From an uncultured Acidobacteriota bacterium (lineage in GTDB: Bacteria > Acidobacteriota > Terriglobia > UBA7540), in the NCBI GenBank assembly GCA_963804995.1, contig CAWDSK010000001.1, positions 256,001 through 320,000 on the forward strand: a stretch of DNA of 64,000 nt, given 5' to 3'. The notes beneath the pieces are model-generated. The model did no database searches. It was given only the letters and a program-made list of their open reading frames with translations, and had not been told where the DNA came from. The position numbers were made by a program, and so were the translations under genes. This document shows, one piece after another, positions 21,651 through 32,137 of the stretch. Every line of letters begins with the position of its first letter. The first letter of the stretch is position 1.

Positions 21651-22990
21651 GCACCTTGCTTTGTCTGGGACGCCATACCGTGACCGGTCTGCTCACCACT
21701 TGCGGCCTGCAGTTCCGTGACTGGACCTCCAGTTACCGGCTCTTCTCCCAGCACCGTCTGCGGGTTGAGGCGCTCTTCTCCGTGGTGCGCCGCGCGGTGG
21801 TGAGCGAACTCGCACCCGGCGCTCCCGTCTGCGCCCTCCTCGATGACTCGCTGTTGCGTCGTTCCGGTCGGCGCACTCCCGGGGTGGCTTGGCGCCGCGA
21901 CCCGCTGGGCCCGCGCTTTCAAACCAACTTCGTGCGCGCCCAGCGTTTTCTTCAAACCTCCCTCGCGCTCCCCACTCCCGACGGCTCCTGCCGCTTGCTC
22001 CCCATTGCTTTCCGCCATGCCCCCACGCCCCGCAAGCCTTCCCGGCAGGCCCCCGCCGCCGAGCAGCAGCAGTACCGCACCCAAGCGCGCGCTGCCCGCC
22101 TCGGTCAACGCGCCAGCGAACAAATCCACGATCTGCGTGCGGCCCTTGACTCCGATCCCGCCTCCGCTTCGCGCCTTCTCCTCGTCGCCTTCGATGGCGG
22201 ATACACCAACCGCACCGTCCTCAAACGCCTTCCTCCCCATACCACCGCCATCGGCCGGCTCCGCAAAGATGCTCAGTTGCTGTTCCGGCCCAATCCCCAA
22301 ACCCAAAAGGCGCGCGGTCGCCGTCTCTGCTACGGGCCTCCCGCTCCCACTCCCGAGCAGGTCCGCACCGACGATGCTCCCTGGCAGACCTTGACCTTTA
22401 CCCATCACGGCATTCCCCATCAACTCCGCTTCAAGCGCCGCACCGGCCTCCTGTGGCGTGCCGCCGGCGCCCACCAATTCCTGCAACTTGTCGTCATCGC
22501 GCCGCTCGCCTATCGTCTGCGCCAAGGTTCCAAGCTGCTCTATCGCCAACCCGCCTTCCTCCTCTGCACCGACGAAAACCTCGACCCCCAACTCCTCATC
22601 ACAACTTACTTCCAACGCTGGGACATTGAAGTTAATTTCCGCGATGAAAAAACTCTGCTGGGAGTGGGCCAAGCCCAGGTCCGCTCCCCCCATTCGGTTG
22701 AGTCTGCCCCCGCCTTCACCGTGGCCGCCTATGCCCTCTTGCTCCTCGCTACCCATCGCGCCTTCGCCCGTACCCGCCACGGCCTGCTGCCGCGCCCCAA
22801 GTGGATCCACGCTGCCCCCACTGCCCGCATCTCCACCCAACACGCCATCCATCAACTGCGCGCCGAGGTCTGGGGCCGGGGACTGGGTCTCGATCATTTC
22901 TCCGGCTTCGCGCCTCCCCAACCCTCTACAACGAAGCCCCAGAATTGTACCTTCCCCCTCGCCTCCGCCCTCTGCTACGCCAATGCTTGA
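21540..22990 (+). CDS. IS orfB DDE transposase (in the -1 frame relative to orfA)
   Basis: LLDDSLLRRSG, VAFDGGY, YFQRWDIEVNFRDEKTLLG (Y-2-R-3-E-6-K-like signature); start uncertain. Confidence 0.88.
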
Positions 22991-23199
22991 ACTGCAAAAG
23001 GCCAAAGGCCAGTCGGCGGTCGGAGACCGCCGCCACAAAAAGCAGACTGCGCCACTTCCCACCATGGGGGTGACGTAAGTCTTGGTGTGTAGATGGGGGG
23101 AGAGAGTAAGCCAAAAGGTGTCGAACGTAGGGGCAGGGATTGCTGTCCTGCCCCCGTCCATTATTCATTAAACGCCGCACGCCGTTGCCGTTTGGACGA

Positions 23200-23715
23200 T
23201 CAGGCGCTGACCGACAGCCCACTGGACGTGGACTGTGCCGACGTGGTGTTTGGACTATTGCCCTGCATAAGTTGCTGCAACGAACTGAAGGCTTGCTGAG
23301 CACCTGTGAGGTCGCCGGATTGTAATGCTTGTCCCAACTGTTGGAACATTTGGGAAACCTGGCCCTCCTGACCTCCATCAGAGTGGTGATGATGATGGTG
23401 CCCTTGTGAAGCCTGGCTTTGGAAGTCCTGCAGAATGGTTGAGAAGTCCTGCTGGGCACCCGAAAGATTGCCAGACTGCAAATCACTCGACAGTTGTTGA
23501 AAGGCCTGGGCAATCGGGCTTTGGCTTTGCGAAGTAGACGACGTGGAACTGAGTTGCGGTGCATCCTTCTGTAGCGTCACAAAATCGGACTGCGCTGCAG
23601 AAAGATTGCCAGACTTCAGATCCTGTCCGAGCTGCTTAAAATCCTGCTGGATTTGTTGGAATTGATTCTGGATACCGGAACTGTACATGCCACTGGAAAT
23701 GCCGAATGTTGACAT
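23200..23715 (-). CDS. Ser/Gln-rich hypothetical protein with three helical repeats and a His6 tract
   Basis: FxQLxxxLxSGxLxxAQxxFxxL x3; AGGAG RBS. Confidence 0.75.
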   Translation of the reverse strand: MSTFGISSGMYSSGIQNQFQQIQQDFKQLGQDLKSGNLSAAQSDFVTLQKDAPQLSSTSSTSQSQSPIAQAFQQLSSDLQSGNLSGAQQDFSTILQDFQSQASQGHHHHHHSDGGQEGQVSQMFQQLGQALQSGDLTGAQQAFSSLQQLMQGNSPNTTSAQSTSSGLSVSA

Positions 23716-24089
23716 TCTTAGTCTCCTTGTGAACTCTCCACCCTCTCTCTAAAGCCCCATCGACAATTCGCGCTAAAACTTTAATCGTGCTCAACTCTGA
23801 GATAAACTCCGCTTATGAACAAGGTTAGCCCCGTGCCAGCCCCTGCGCGATCAAGGTGGCATCAATCTTCCGCATATGATGAGATTTCCTTAACAGGTCC
23901 CAAAGTGGAGCGCCATGGAAGCGCCCGTCGATTAGGCGACAAACGCCCATGACAGCCTTCGTAAAACTTGCCTATGGCGCGAATTGGATAGGACGGTTCC
24001 AAGGACCTACTGAAAGGTAGGATAACCACTTTTCTACACGCCGGTAGCAGGCATTTGATAGAATGTTCTGTTTCCTCTGACTGAAGACA

Positions 24090-25007
24090 ATGGACTATGA
24101 CCAACTAGGTAGTTTCTTGGAGGTTGCGAAGCTGCAAAGTTTCTCCCGCGCCGCGGAGAAGCTGTTTCGCACTCAGCCGGCGATCAGTGCGCAGGTGCGC
24201 CTTCTTGAGGAGGAGTGTGGTGAAAAGCTTTTTGACCGCAGCGGGAAGAAAGTTCTGATGACCCCCGCCGGCGAGATTCTTCACCGTTATGCGGAAAAGC
24301 TGCTGGCGATGCACAAAGAAGCTCTGCAGGCGATCGCTGAGCTGAATCAAACGCCGCGCGGGAAGCTGTACATCGGCGCCAACGAAGCGACCTGCCTGTA
24401 TGTCTTGCCAAAAACCTTTGCGCGCTTCAAGGGCCTGTACCCGCTGGTGCAGATCAGCATCTACCGGAATTTCAGCCACAAGATTTTGCAGAAGGTCCAG
24501 GAGGGCGCGGTCGACTTGGGCATTGTCACGTTGCCCATGACCGCGAACAACATGGAAGTGATTCCGGTCTTCCGCGACGAAGTCCAGGTGGTGATGCCCA
24601 AGGGTCATCCGCTCGCCAAAAACAAGAGTGTGACCGTGGAAGAGCTGGCTAATCATCCGCTGATCCTGCCCAAGACGGGGCACACACGCGTGGTGATTGA
24701 CCGCTTGCTGCGCGCGCATCGTGATCATTTGCAGATTTCCATGGAAATGGCCAGCGTTGAGACCATCAAGAAATTTGTGGGCGCGGGCCTGGGGATTTCC
24801 CTGATCAGCCGAACCTATGCCCAACCGGAAGTTGCGGCGGGCTTGCTGAAGCTGATCCCGCTGGACGGTCAGAAGCTTTACCGCGAGTTGGGTCTGGTCT
24901 ATCGCCGGGACCGCTATTTATCTCTTCCCGCCAAGATTTTTATTGAAGTTGTTCGCGAGTCGACAAAGACGGCGGCGGCTGGCGCTCCCTCCACGACGAA
25001 AACCTAG
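24090..25007 (+). CDS. LysR-family transcriptional regulator
   Basis: SFSRAAEKLFRTQPAISAQVRLLEEE HTH. Confidence 0.95.
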   Translation: MDYDQLGSFLEVAKLQSFSRAAEKLFRTQPAISAQVRLLEEECGEKLFDRSGKKVLMTPAGEILHRYAEKLLAMHKEALQAIAELNQTPRGKLYIGANEATCLYVLPKTFARFKGLYPLVQISIYRNFSHKILQKVQEGAVDLGIVTLPMTANNMEVIPVFRDEVQVVMPKGHPLAKNKSVTVEELANHPLILPKTGHTRVVIDRLLRAHRDHLQISMEMASVETIKKFVGAGLGISLISRTYAQPEVAAGLLKLIPLDGQKLYRELGLVYRRDRYLSLPAKIFIEVVRESTKTAAAGAPSTTKT

Positions 25008-25092
25008 CGGTCAGCGATCAGCTTTCAGCCACCCCCTTGGCTGTTTGCTCAAAGCCGATAGCTGACGGCTGATAGCTGACAACTTAAAAACT

Positions 25093-26526
25093 ATGGTGAA
25101 AGAAAATCCCGTTCCGAGTAAGAGCAAGAAACCGCTGATCGTGATGAAATTTGGCGGGACTTCCGTCGGCACCGCCGAGCGCATGAAGGCCGTGGCGGAG
25201 ATTGTGGCTGAGCACGCGAAAAGCGCGGAAGTGATGGTGGTGGTCTCCGCCATGGGAGGCGTCACCGACATGCTTATCCGCGCCGCCAAGGAAGCCAGCC
25301 AGGGCGATCGCGAGCACTGGAAGAGTGTGCGTCGCGAGCTTGCCCACCGGCACCGCGAGGTCGCAGACGAACTCTTGAAAGCTGCCGAGCAGGCTACGGT
25401 TCTGCCTCGGCTCGCGGATGCCGTAACCAACTTTGAAAACCTTTGTTCCGGATTTTCCCTGGTGCGCGAAGTAACCCCGCGGGCCATGGACACGCTCTCC
25501 AGCCTGGGCGAGTTGATGTCCGCGAACCTGATGGCAGCCATTTTCCGGGCGTGCGGCACCCCGGCGGAAGCCGTGGACGCCATGGAACTGATCGTCACCG
25601 ACGACAACTTCGGCAACGCCACCCCGCTCTTCGAAGAGACCACCGCCAAGACCCGTCAACGCCTGGCTGGATTGCGGCGGCGCGGTGTGCTGCCGGTCAT
25701 CACCGGATTCCGTGGCGCGACCCGGGAGGGCGCCTGCACCACGCTCGGCCGGGGCGGATCAGATTACAGCGGCACTATTGTGGGTGCGGCGGTGGATGCC
25801 GACGAAGTTTGGATTTGGACTGACGTGGACGGCGTGATGACGGCTGACCCGCGCCTGGTCCCGGAAGCGCGCATTCTGCCGGAAATCTCATATCGCGAAG
25901 CCATCGAACTTTCTTTCTTCGGCGCCAAGGTTCTTCACCCCAAGACGATTCAACCCGTCATGAAGAAGAAGATCCCGGTTTGGATCAAGAACAGTTTCAA
26001 CCCCTCGTGCCCCGGGACGTGCATCGTGCACTCCACCACGAACACGCAGCACGGGATCAAGGCTTTCACCTCGGTCAGTAAGGCCGATATCATTACGGTC
26101 ACCGGCCGCGACGCGCTCAGCTTCTCCCGCCTGGCCGCCCGCGTCTTTAGTTCCCTCAGCGCCGAAGACATTCCCACGCTGATGGTCACGCAATCGTCGG
26201 CAGATAATGTGCTCTGCCTGGCTGTGCACGATGCCGACCTGAAGCATGTGAAAGCGAGTATAGAAAAAACGTTCGAACTCGAAATTCTGCATGATCACAT
26301 GGCGTCGCTTGAGGTCCTGCCCCACGTGGCGATTGTGGTGGCGATTGGCGAGAACATGAAGGGCACCCCGGGTATCGCCGGTCGCGCCTTTGGCGCCCTG
26401 GGACGGCGCGGCATTAACGTGATCGCCATCGCGCAGGGTTCGTCGGAACTGAGTATTTCCTTTGCCGTAAAGTCCTCCGACGTGAAAGAGGCCGTGAAGG
26501 CCGTGCACGAGGAGTTTAAGCTCTAA
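25093..26526 (+). CDS. lysC: Aspartate kinase with ACT domains
   Basis: VMKFGGTSVG, VVSAMGGVTD, TLGRGGSDYS, WTDVDGVMTADP. Confidence 0.93.
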   Translation: MVKENPVPSKSKKPLIVMKFGGTSVGTAERMKAVAEIVAEHAKSAEVMVVVSAMGGVTDMLIRAAKEASQGDREHWKSVRRELAHRHREVADELLKAAEQATVLPRLADAVTNFENLCSGFSLVREVTPRAMDTLSSLGELMSANLMAAIFRACGTPAEAVDAMELIVTDDNFGNATPLFEETTAKTRQRLAGLRRRGVLPVITGFRGATREGACTTLGRGGSDYSGTIVGAAVDADEVWIWTDVDGVMTADPRLVPEARILPEISYREAIELSFFGAKVLHPKTIQPVMKKKIPVWIKNSFNPSCPGTCIVHSTTNTQHGIKAFTSVSKADIITVTGRDALSFSRLAARVFSSLSAEDIPTLMVTQSSADNVLCLAVHDADLKHVKASIEKTFELEILHDHMASLEVLPHVAIVVAIGENMKGTPGIAGRAFGALGRRGINVIAIAQGSSELSISFAVKSSDVKEAVKAVHEEFKL

Positions 26527-26531
26527 GGGCG

Positions 26532-26665
26532 GGTGTCAGGTGTCAGGTAAGGACGAAACTCGAAAATCGAAATTCGAAACTCGGGAGCTATCCGGCGAAT
26601 TTCGAGTTTCGAATTTCGAGTTTCGACTGTCGCACCTGACACCTGACACCTGATACCTGGCACCT
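26532..26665. repeat. Nested inverted heptamer repeats
   Basis: GGTGTCA.. / AAACTCG.. | ..CGAGTTT / ..TGACACC. Confidence 0.7.
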
Positions 26666-26674
26666 GCGAATCCC

Positions 26675-27983
26675 ATGTCCTCCGCCTACCTCCAATGTAT
26701 CGATGCAGCTTGCGGACGCCGGCAAGATCCGAAGAAGGATTCGCACTCCTGCGCGTTTTGTGGCGGCCTGCTGGACGTGAAGTACGAGTTCGATCCCATG
26801 GACCCCGGGCAATTCCGGCACACCTGGCACCAGCGCCGGTTGAGTGGTGAGCCGATTGACCGCAGCGGCGTGTGGCGTTTCCGCGAGCTGATCCCGTTTG
26901 TGGGCCCCGACGCGCGCATCATTTCGCTTTCCGAAGGCTCGACCCCGCTGGTGGGGACGAGGCGCACGGGCTGGTGGGCCGGCCCTGTGCATCTGACCAT
27001 CAAGCATCAGGGCAACAATCCCACGGGCTCCTTCAAGGATCTGGGCATGACGGCCTGCATCACGCGTGCTGAGGCGCGGGGTGTGCGGATGGTCGCCTGC
27101 GCCTCAACCGGTAACACTTCGTCTTCGATGGCTGCTTACGCCGCGCGCGCCGGCATGAAGGCTCTGGTGTTTGTCCCCTACCGGCAGATTTCCGCCGCCA
27201 AGCTGGCCCAGGCGCTCGATTTCGGCGCGATCGTGGTGGAAGTGGGCGACACGTTCGATGCGGCTTTTCGCCTGCTGCGGGAAATCGCTCCGGAGCTCGG
27301 GCTGTATCTGGTGAATTCCATCAATCCCTTCCGCATTGAAGGGCAGAAGACCATTGTTCCCGAGTTGCTCGAGCAGCGCGCCTGGCGTCCGCCGGATTAC
27401 ATCGTGGTTCCTGGCGGCAATTTGGGAAACTCCTCCGCCATTGGTAAGGGATTGCGGGAGCTGAAAGAGTTGGGTTTCATAGAGAAGGTGCCCCGCGTCG
27501 TCGTGGTCCAGGCGGCCGGCGCGAACCCGTTCTACCAAACGCTTCAGGCGCGCTCCCCGGAATTGATCGCCGTCGAGCATCCCAACACGGAGGCGACCGC
27601 GATTCGCATTGGACGTTCCGGCCAATTGGAAGAAGGCGCAACGTGTGCTCGAATGGACGGGGGGTTTCTGCGAGTCGGTGACGGATGCGGAAATCTTCGA
27701 AGCCAAGGCGGTCCTGGCCGAAGACGGGGTGGCTTGTGAGCCCGCCTCCGCCTCCACGATTGCCGGGGTGCGCAAGTTGGTGAGGGCAGGCAAAATCGAA
27801 AAACACGCGGACATCGTCTGCATTCTGACCGGCAACCAATTGAAAGACACGGATTACATCATGCGGCATCGCTCGGAAGACCAGGAAAGCCGCCAGCGAC
27901 TGCAAGTCGAACCGAACCTCGACTCGCTCCGCCGGGCGCTGGAAGGGGTCTTGGCCGCGCCGGTGGAAAACAGTAGGCATTAG
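26675..27983 (+). CDS. thrC: Threonine synthase (frameshift near 27615)
   Basis: NPTGSFKDLG PLP-lysine motif, CASTGNTS, PGGNLGN; C-terminus (CEPASA, LTGNQLKD) in ORF 27609-27983. Confidence 0.92.
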
Positions 27984-28185
27984 GCAGCGAGCGTTTTGCA
28001 CGAGTCCCGGCAGAGTCGGGATAGGCAGAACGCAGTAGGCAGCGAGCACTCTGTGCAAGTCCCGACAGAGTCGGGATAGGCACTAGGCAGCGGGCACTAG
28101 GCAACAAAAGTGGCATTAATTTGAATAAACCGCCCTCACCCCTTTCAGCAAGGGATACTGACGTTCTGAAAACTGGAGACCTATA

Positions 28186-28261
28186 GCCCTCGCCCCCTTG
28201 GGGGAGAGGGTGGACCGCTGCCGGCGTTTTCATCAGCCGGGGCGGGACGGGTGAGGGGGTC
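28186..28261 (-). repeat. Family A palindrome
   Basis: Reverse complement of 1418-1493. Confidence 0.85.
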
Positions 28262-28423
28262 ACACAGGAACAAATTGACGAGCAGGTGGCAAGCGTACTG
28301 TGTCGATGCGTTGGGGCGGTTCATCCGTGATTGACAACAGAAAGCCGCAGACCTCAACAACAGGCGCTACACTGGCTGACTCCTAGCTTCTGGCTTCTGA
28401 CTCCTGGCTCCTGATTTCTAGTT

Positions 28424-31132
28424 ATGAACGAACAATTACGCCAAGAGGTGCGCTTCCTCACCACGCGGCTGGGCTCGATCGTCCGCGAGCAGTCGGGCCC
28501 CGAAGTGTTCTCCGCCATCGAAGTCCTGCGCAAAGTCGCGAAGCAGCTTCGCCAGAGCTCGAATCCCACTTTCCTCGAGGCCAAGGAGCGCGAGGTTAAT
28601 CAGCTCTCGGTGGAAGCTGCCACGGCGGTGTCCCACGCGTTCAGCCTCTTCTTCCATCTCGTCAATCTTTGCGAGGAACGCGAGCGCATCCGCCGCCTGC
28701 GCGCCCACGACCGGCTGGAGGCAGGCGCCCCCATGTCGCTGCGCCACACCTTCAATGAGCTGCACCGTCAGGGTGTGCCCGCTGCGGCCATCGAACGCCT
28801 GCTCAAGTCCATGCATATTGAGCCGGTCCTGACCGCTCATCCCACCGAAGCCAAGCGCCGCAGCGTTCTGAACCACATCCTGCGCCTGGCGCGAACGCTT
28901 GATTCAGCCTGTGGTGACTTAAGCCCCGCAACCGAGCGCGACATCGACTCCTGGATCGAAGCCTTGTGGCTCACCGATGAGGTTCGTGAGGGTGTGGTCA
29001 CGCCCGCGATGGAAAGTGAGAACGCCCGCTTTTTTCTCGAACGAACCATCTACGACCTGGCGGGAAGTTTTTGGGATAAGTTTTGCGCGGAAATGGCCCG
29101 GCGGTATCCCGGCCTAACGGAGCCTCCTCCCTTCTTGAGCTTTGGGTCCTGGGTGGGCACGGATCGCGACGGCAATCCTTTCGTGACGCCGGAAACGAGT
29201 CTCGAGGCCGCGGAGCAGGTTCGCCTGAGCATTCTCGGTTACTACCGCGAAGCTTGCCGCCGCTTGCTGGGCCTGGCTTCCTTTTCCTGCCAGGGCCTGC
29301 CGGTGGAAGCAGCGCTGCGCCGTGAAATCAATCGAGACATGCGCCGGTATCCCGCCACACGCGCCTTCCAGTCCGTCGACCAGCCGAGCGAACTGTATCG
29401 CCGCAAGGTACGCATCATGATGTGGCGCCTGGAGCGCACGGCGGAGCGGACACGCGGCGCTTACGTTTCGCCTGAAGAATTCACCCGCGAACTGCGCACC
29501 TTTGAGTGCCGCTTGGCCGCGCATCCCAGCCCCAGGATCGCCCGCTGGAGCCCCGGCCGGCTGCGCGTAGCGTCAGAAGTCTTCGGATTCCACGGCGCCA
29601 GCCTGGATTTCCGCACCCACGCTTACGCCACGCGCGCCGCGGTTGATGAGCTACTCAATAAAGCGCACTTGCCCACCCAGCCACGCGAAGCGCGCCGCCA
29701 GTCCATCCAACGCCTGCTCTTTCGCCCCGCCGTACGCCCGCCTTTTTCGGCAGCGACGCGTCGCGTGCTGGAGGAATTCCGCGCCCTCCGGCTGATCCAG
29801 GTCCGCAATGGCGAAGCCGCCGCGCATCGCTACGTTCTAAGCATGACATCGAGTGCCGTGGATGTATGGGACGTGTTGCTTCTGGCGCGGCAAGCGGATC
29901 TGGTCCGGACGCCCGGCCGGCGCTTGGAATCCTCGCTCGATGTCATTCCGCTCTTTGAGACTCTCGACGATCTCGCCGCCGGCCCCGCAATCATGCAGGA
30001 GCTTTTCGCCGATCCTCTTTATCGCCGCATCCTTCGCGCGCGAAAAGATTTTCAGGAAGTGATGCTGGGTTATTCGGATTCCGTCAAAGACGGTGGCTAC
30101 GTGGCCGCCAACTGGGCGCTCTTTCATGCGCAAAAGCGCCTGGCCCTGGTGGCGAAAAAATATGGCGTGCGCTTTTCGCTCTTCCACGGTAAAGGCGGAA
30201 CCATTGACCGCGGCGGCGGCCAGTCGCACAGCAGCGTCCAGGCGCAACCTTTTGCGGCCCCGGGCGGCCGAATGCGAATCACCGAGCAGGGTGAAGTCGT
30301 GTCGCTCAAGTACTCGAATCCCGCCATCGCTGAGAGGAATCTCGAGCAGTTGGTGACTTCGGTGCTGGACGCCCACCTGCTACACTTCCGTCGCGTGGAA
30401 GCTCGAAACATCCCCGAATGGGAGGGGTATGCCACCGAACTCGCCGCGAGCAGCCGCGACTTCTACCGCCAGCTCGTTTACGAGACGCCTGATTTTGTCG
30501 AGTATTTCCGGCAAGCCACGCCCATCGACCTGATTGAGCGCATCCGCTTCGGGTCACGTCCCAGCCGCCGCTTGGGGGCGCGCGACCTGCGCGACCTGCG
30601 GGCGATCCCCTGGGTATTTGCCTGGACGCAGTCCCGGCACTTGCTTCCCGCCTGGTTTGGCCTGGGCCACTCGCTTGAGAAGTTTCAACTCAACCATGCG
30701 CCGCGCGGTGGTAAGTTGTTAAAGCGCATGGTTCAGGGCTGGCCTTTTTTCTACAATCTGATCAACAATGCCGCGCTTTCGCTCGCCAAGACTGACCTCT
30801 ATATCGCCAGCTCGTACGCCGCACTGGTTCGCCCCCGCCCGCTCGGGCAGAGGATTTTCCGGCGCATCGAAGAGGAGTATCAACGCAGCGTTCGCGAGGT
30901 CCTGGAGCTTTCCGGCTCCGCGACGCTGCTCCATGGCCAACCGGTGCTGGCGGAATCCATCCGCCTCCGCAATCCCTACGTCGATCCCCTCAACTTTCTG
31001 CAAACCCGCTTCCTCGAGCGTTGGCGCCGCCTGCATCGATCGAAACGGCAACCGCAGGCCGAAGCCGCGCTATTTCATCTACTGCAAATTACGGTAAGTG
31101 GTATTGCCTTCGGCATGAAGAGCACGGGCTAG
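28424..31132 (+). CDS. ppc: Phosphoenolpyruvate carboxylase
   Basis: VLTAHPTE, SWVGTDRDGNP, QEVMLGYSDS, FHGKGGTIDRGGG, LRAIPWVFAWTQSR. Confidence 0.97.
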   Translation: MNEQLRQEVRFLTTRLGSIVREQSGPEVFSAIEVLRKVAKQLRQSSNPTFLEAKEREVNQLSVEAATAVSHAFSLFFHLVNLCEERERIRRLRAHDRLEAGAPMSLRHTFNELHRQGVPAAAIERLLKSMHIEPVLTAHPTEAKRRSVLNHILRLARTLDSACGDLSPATERDIDSWIEALWLTDEVREGVVTPAMESENARFFLERTIYDLAGSFWDKFCAEMARRYPGLTEPPPFLSFGSWVGTDRDGNPFVTPETSLEAAEQVRLSILGYYREACRRLLGLASFSCQGLPVEAALRREINRDMRRYPATRAFQSVDQPSELYRRKVRIMMWRLERTAERTRGAYVSPEEFTRELRTFECRLAAHPSPRIARWSPGRLRVASEVFGFHGASLDFRTHAYATRAAVDELLNKAHLPTQPREARRQSIQRLLFRPAVRPPFSAATRRVLEEFRALRLIQVRNGEAAAHRYVLSMTSSAVDVWDVLLLARQADLVRTPGRRLESSLDVIPLFETLDDLAAGPAIMQELFADPLYRRILRARKDFQEVMLGYSDSVKDGGYVAANWALFHAQKRLALVAKKYGVRFSLFHGKGGTIDRGGGQSHSSVQAQPFAAPGGRMRITEQGEVVSLKYSNPAIAERNLEQLVTSVLDAHLLHFRRVEARNIPEWEGYATELAASSRDFYRQLVYETPDFVEYFRQATPIDLIERIRFGSRPSRRLGARDLRDLRAIPWVFAWTQSRHLLPAWFGLGHSLEKFQLNHAPRGGKLLKRMVQGWPFFYNLINNAALSLAKTDLYIASSYAALVRPRPLGQRIFRRIEEEYQRSVREVLELSGSATLLHGQPVLAESIRLRNPYVDPLNFLQTRFLERWRRLHRSKRQPQAEAALFHLLQITVSGIAFGMKSTG

Positions 31133-31250
31133 TGTAGTGTCCGGTAATTAACTGGACATCGTGGTGCCGCCATCTTGGCGGCATTTGCCGGCAGGATGCC
31201 GGCGCTACGGCCAACACATTTGTCCAGCCATTTCGTGGACACTACACTAG
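31129..31250. mobile_element. MITE family C, flanked by CTAG
   Basis: CTAG-TGTAGTGTCC ... GGACACTACA-CTAG with an internal REP-like hairpin. Confidence 0.85.
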
Positions 31251-31798
31251 AACAACGATTCCGGCGAAGGAATGTACCGCACGTCGGGGAGGTTGCGGAA
31301 TTTCTGGTCGAAATCCAGGCCATAGCCCACTACGAAGACATCGGGGATTGTGAACCCCACATAGTCGGGCTGAACCGGCATCATGCGGCGTGAGGTCTTG
31401 TCAAGCAGGGCGACGAGTTTCAGGCTGGCCGGGTCGTGCGCCCCCAGCACTTCCTGGAGGTAAGTAAAGGTGCGCCCGGTGTCGAGGATATCTTCGACCA
31501 CCAGCACATGGCGGCCCTCGATGCTGACGTCAAGGTCCTTGGTGATCTTCACTTCGCCGGATGAGACAGTACCCCCGCCGTAACTCTGGATGCTCAGAAA
31601 ATCCACCGTGCAGGGGATGGAAAGGCAGCGGATGAGGTCCGCCATGAACACCCAGGCGCCTTTTAGAACCCCTACGAGGTGGGGCGTGCGCCCGTCGTAG
31701 TCGCGGGAGATCTCGGCCGCCAGCTCGCCGACGCGAGCATTAATCTTGGCGGCGTCCAACAGAATGGGGAGGTCGGACCCCAGGGCGGCAGTGCTCAT
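31247..31798 (-). CDS. hpt: Hypoxanthine phosphoribosyltransferase
   Basis: VGVLKGA, VLVVEDILDTGRT, FVVGYGLD. Confidence 0.96.
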   Translation of the reverse strand: MSTAALGSDLPILLDAAKINARVGELAAEISRDYDGRTPHLVGVLKGAWVFMADLIRCLSIPCTVDFLSIQSYGGGTVSSGEVKITKDLDVSIEGRHVLVVEDILDTGRTFTYLQEVLGAHDPASLKLVALLDKTSRRMMPVQPDYVGFTIPDVFVVGYGLDFDQKFRNLPDVRYIPSPESLF

Positions 31799-31873
31799 AA
31801 TGCGTTCACCGTTGACGCTTTGGGCGGCTATCTGCTAGATTGAAGAATTGCATTCTGCACAAAAGGAGTTCCT

Positions 31874-32137
31874 GTGGCAAGTCACAAATCTGCATTGAAG
31901 CGTATTAAGCAAACCGACCAGCGCACCGAACAGAACACCATGCACGTCACGCGGCTGCGTCACCAGATGCGCAAGTTCCGCGCCGCCCTGAAAGCTAAGG
32001 ACAAGGCCGCCGCTCAGGCGTTGCTGAAACCCACGGCCGCGCTGATCGACCACTCCGTGCACAAAGGCATCCTGCACCCCAACACCGCGGCGCGCTACAA
32101 GTCGCGCCTGACCCTCGCCTTTAACGCCTTAGCGTAA
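31874..32137 (+). CDS. rpsT: 30S ribosomal protein S20
   Basis: ASHKSALKR...KGILHPNTAARYKSRL; GTG start with AGGAG RBS. Confidence 0.96.
   Translation: MASHKSALKRIKQTDQRTEQNTMHVTRLRHQMRKFRAALKAKDKAAAQALLKPTAALIDHSVHKGILHPNTAARYKSRLTLAFNALA

Larger units (their letters stand above)
21255..23007 (+). mobile_element. Insertion sequence (IS4/IS701-like DDE)
   Basis: 11-bp perfect terminal IR CTTTGGCCTTT (21255) / AAAGGCCAAAG (22997-23007); no target duplication visible. Confidence 0.85.

Noticed and set aside
21335..23161. 608-aa ORF on the - strand
   Set aside because: Antisense shadow of the transposase in GC-rich DNA
25008..25092. Lysine riboswitch or thr attenuator upstream of aspartate kinase
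   Set aside because: Spacer is only ~85 bp and consists of heptamer repeats
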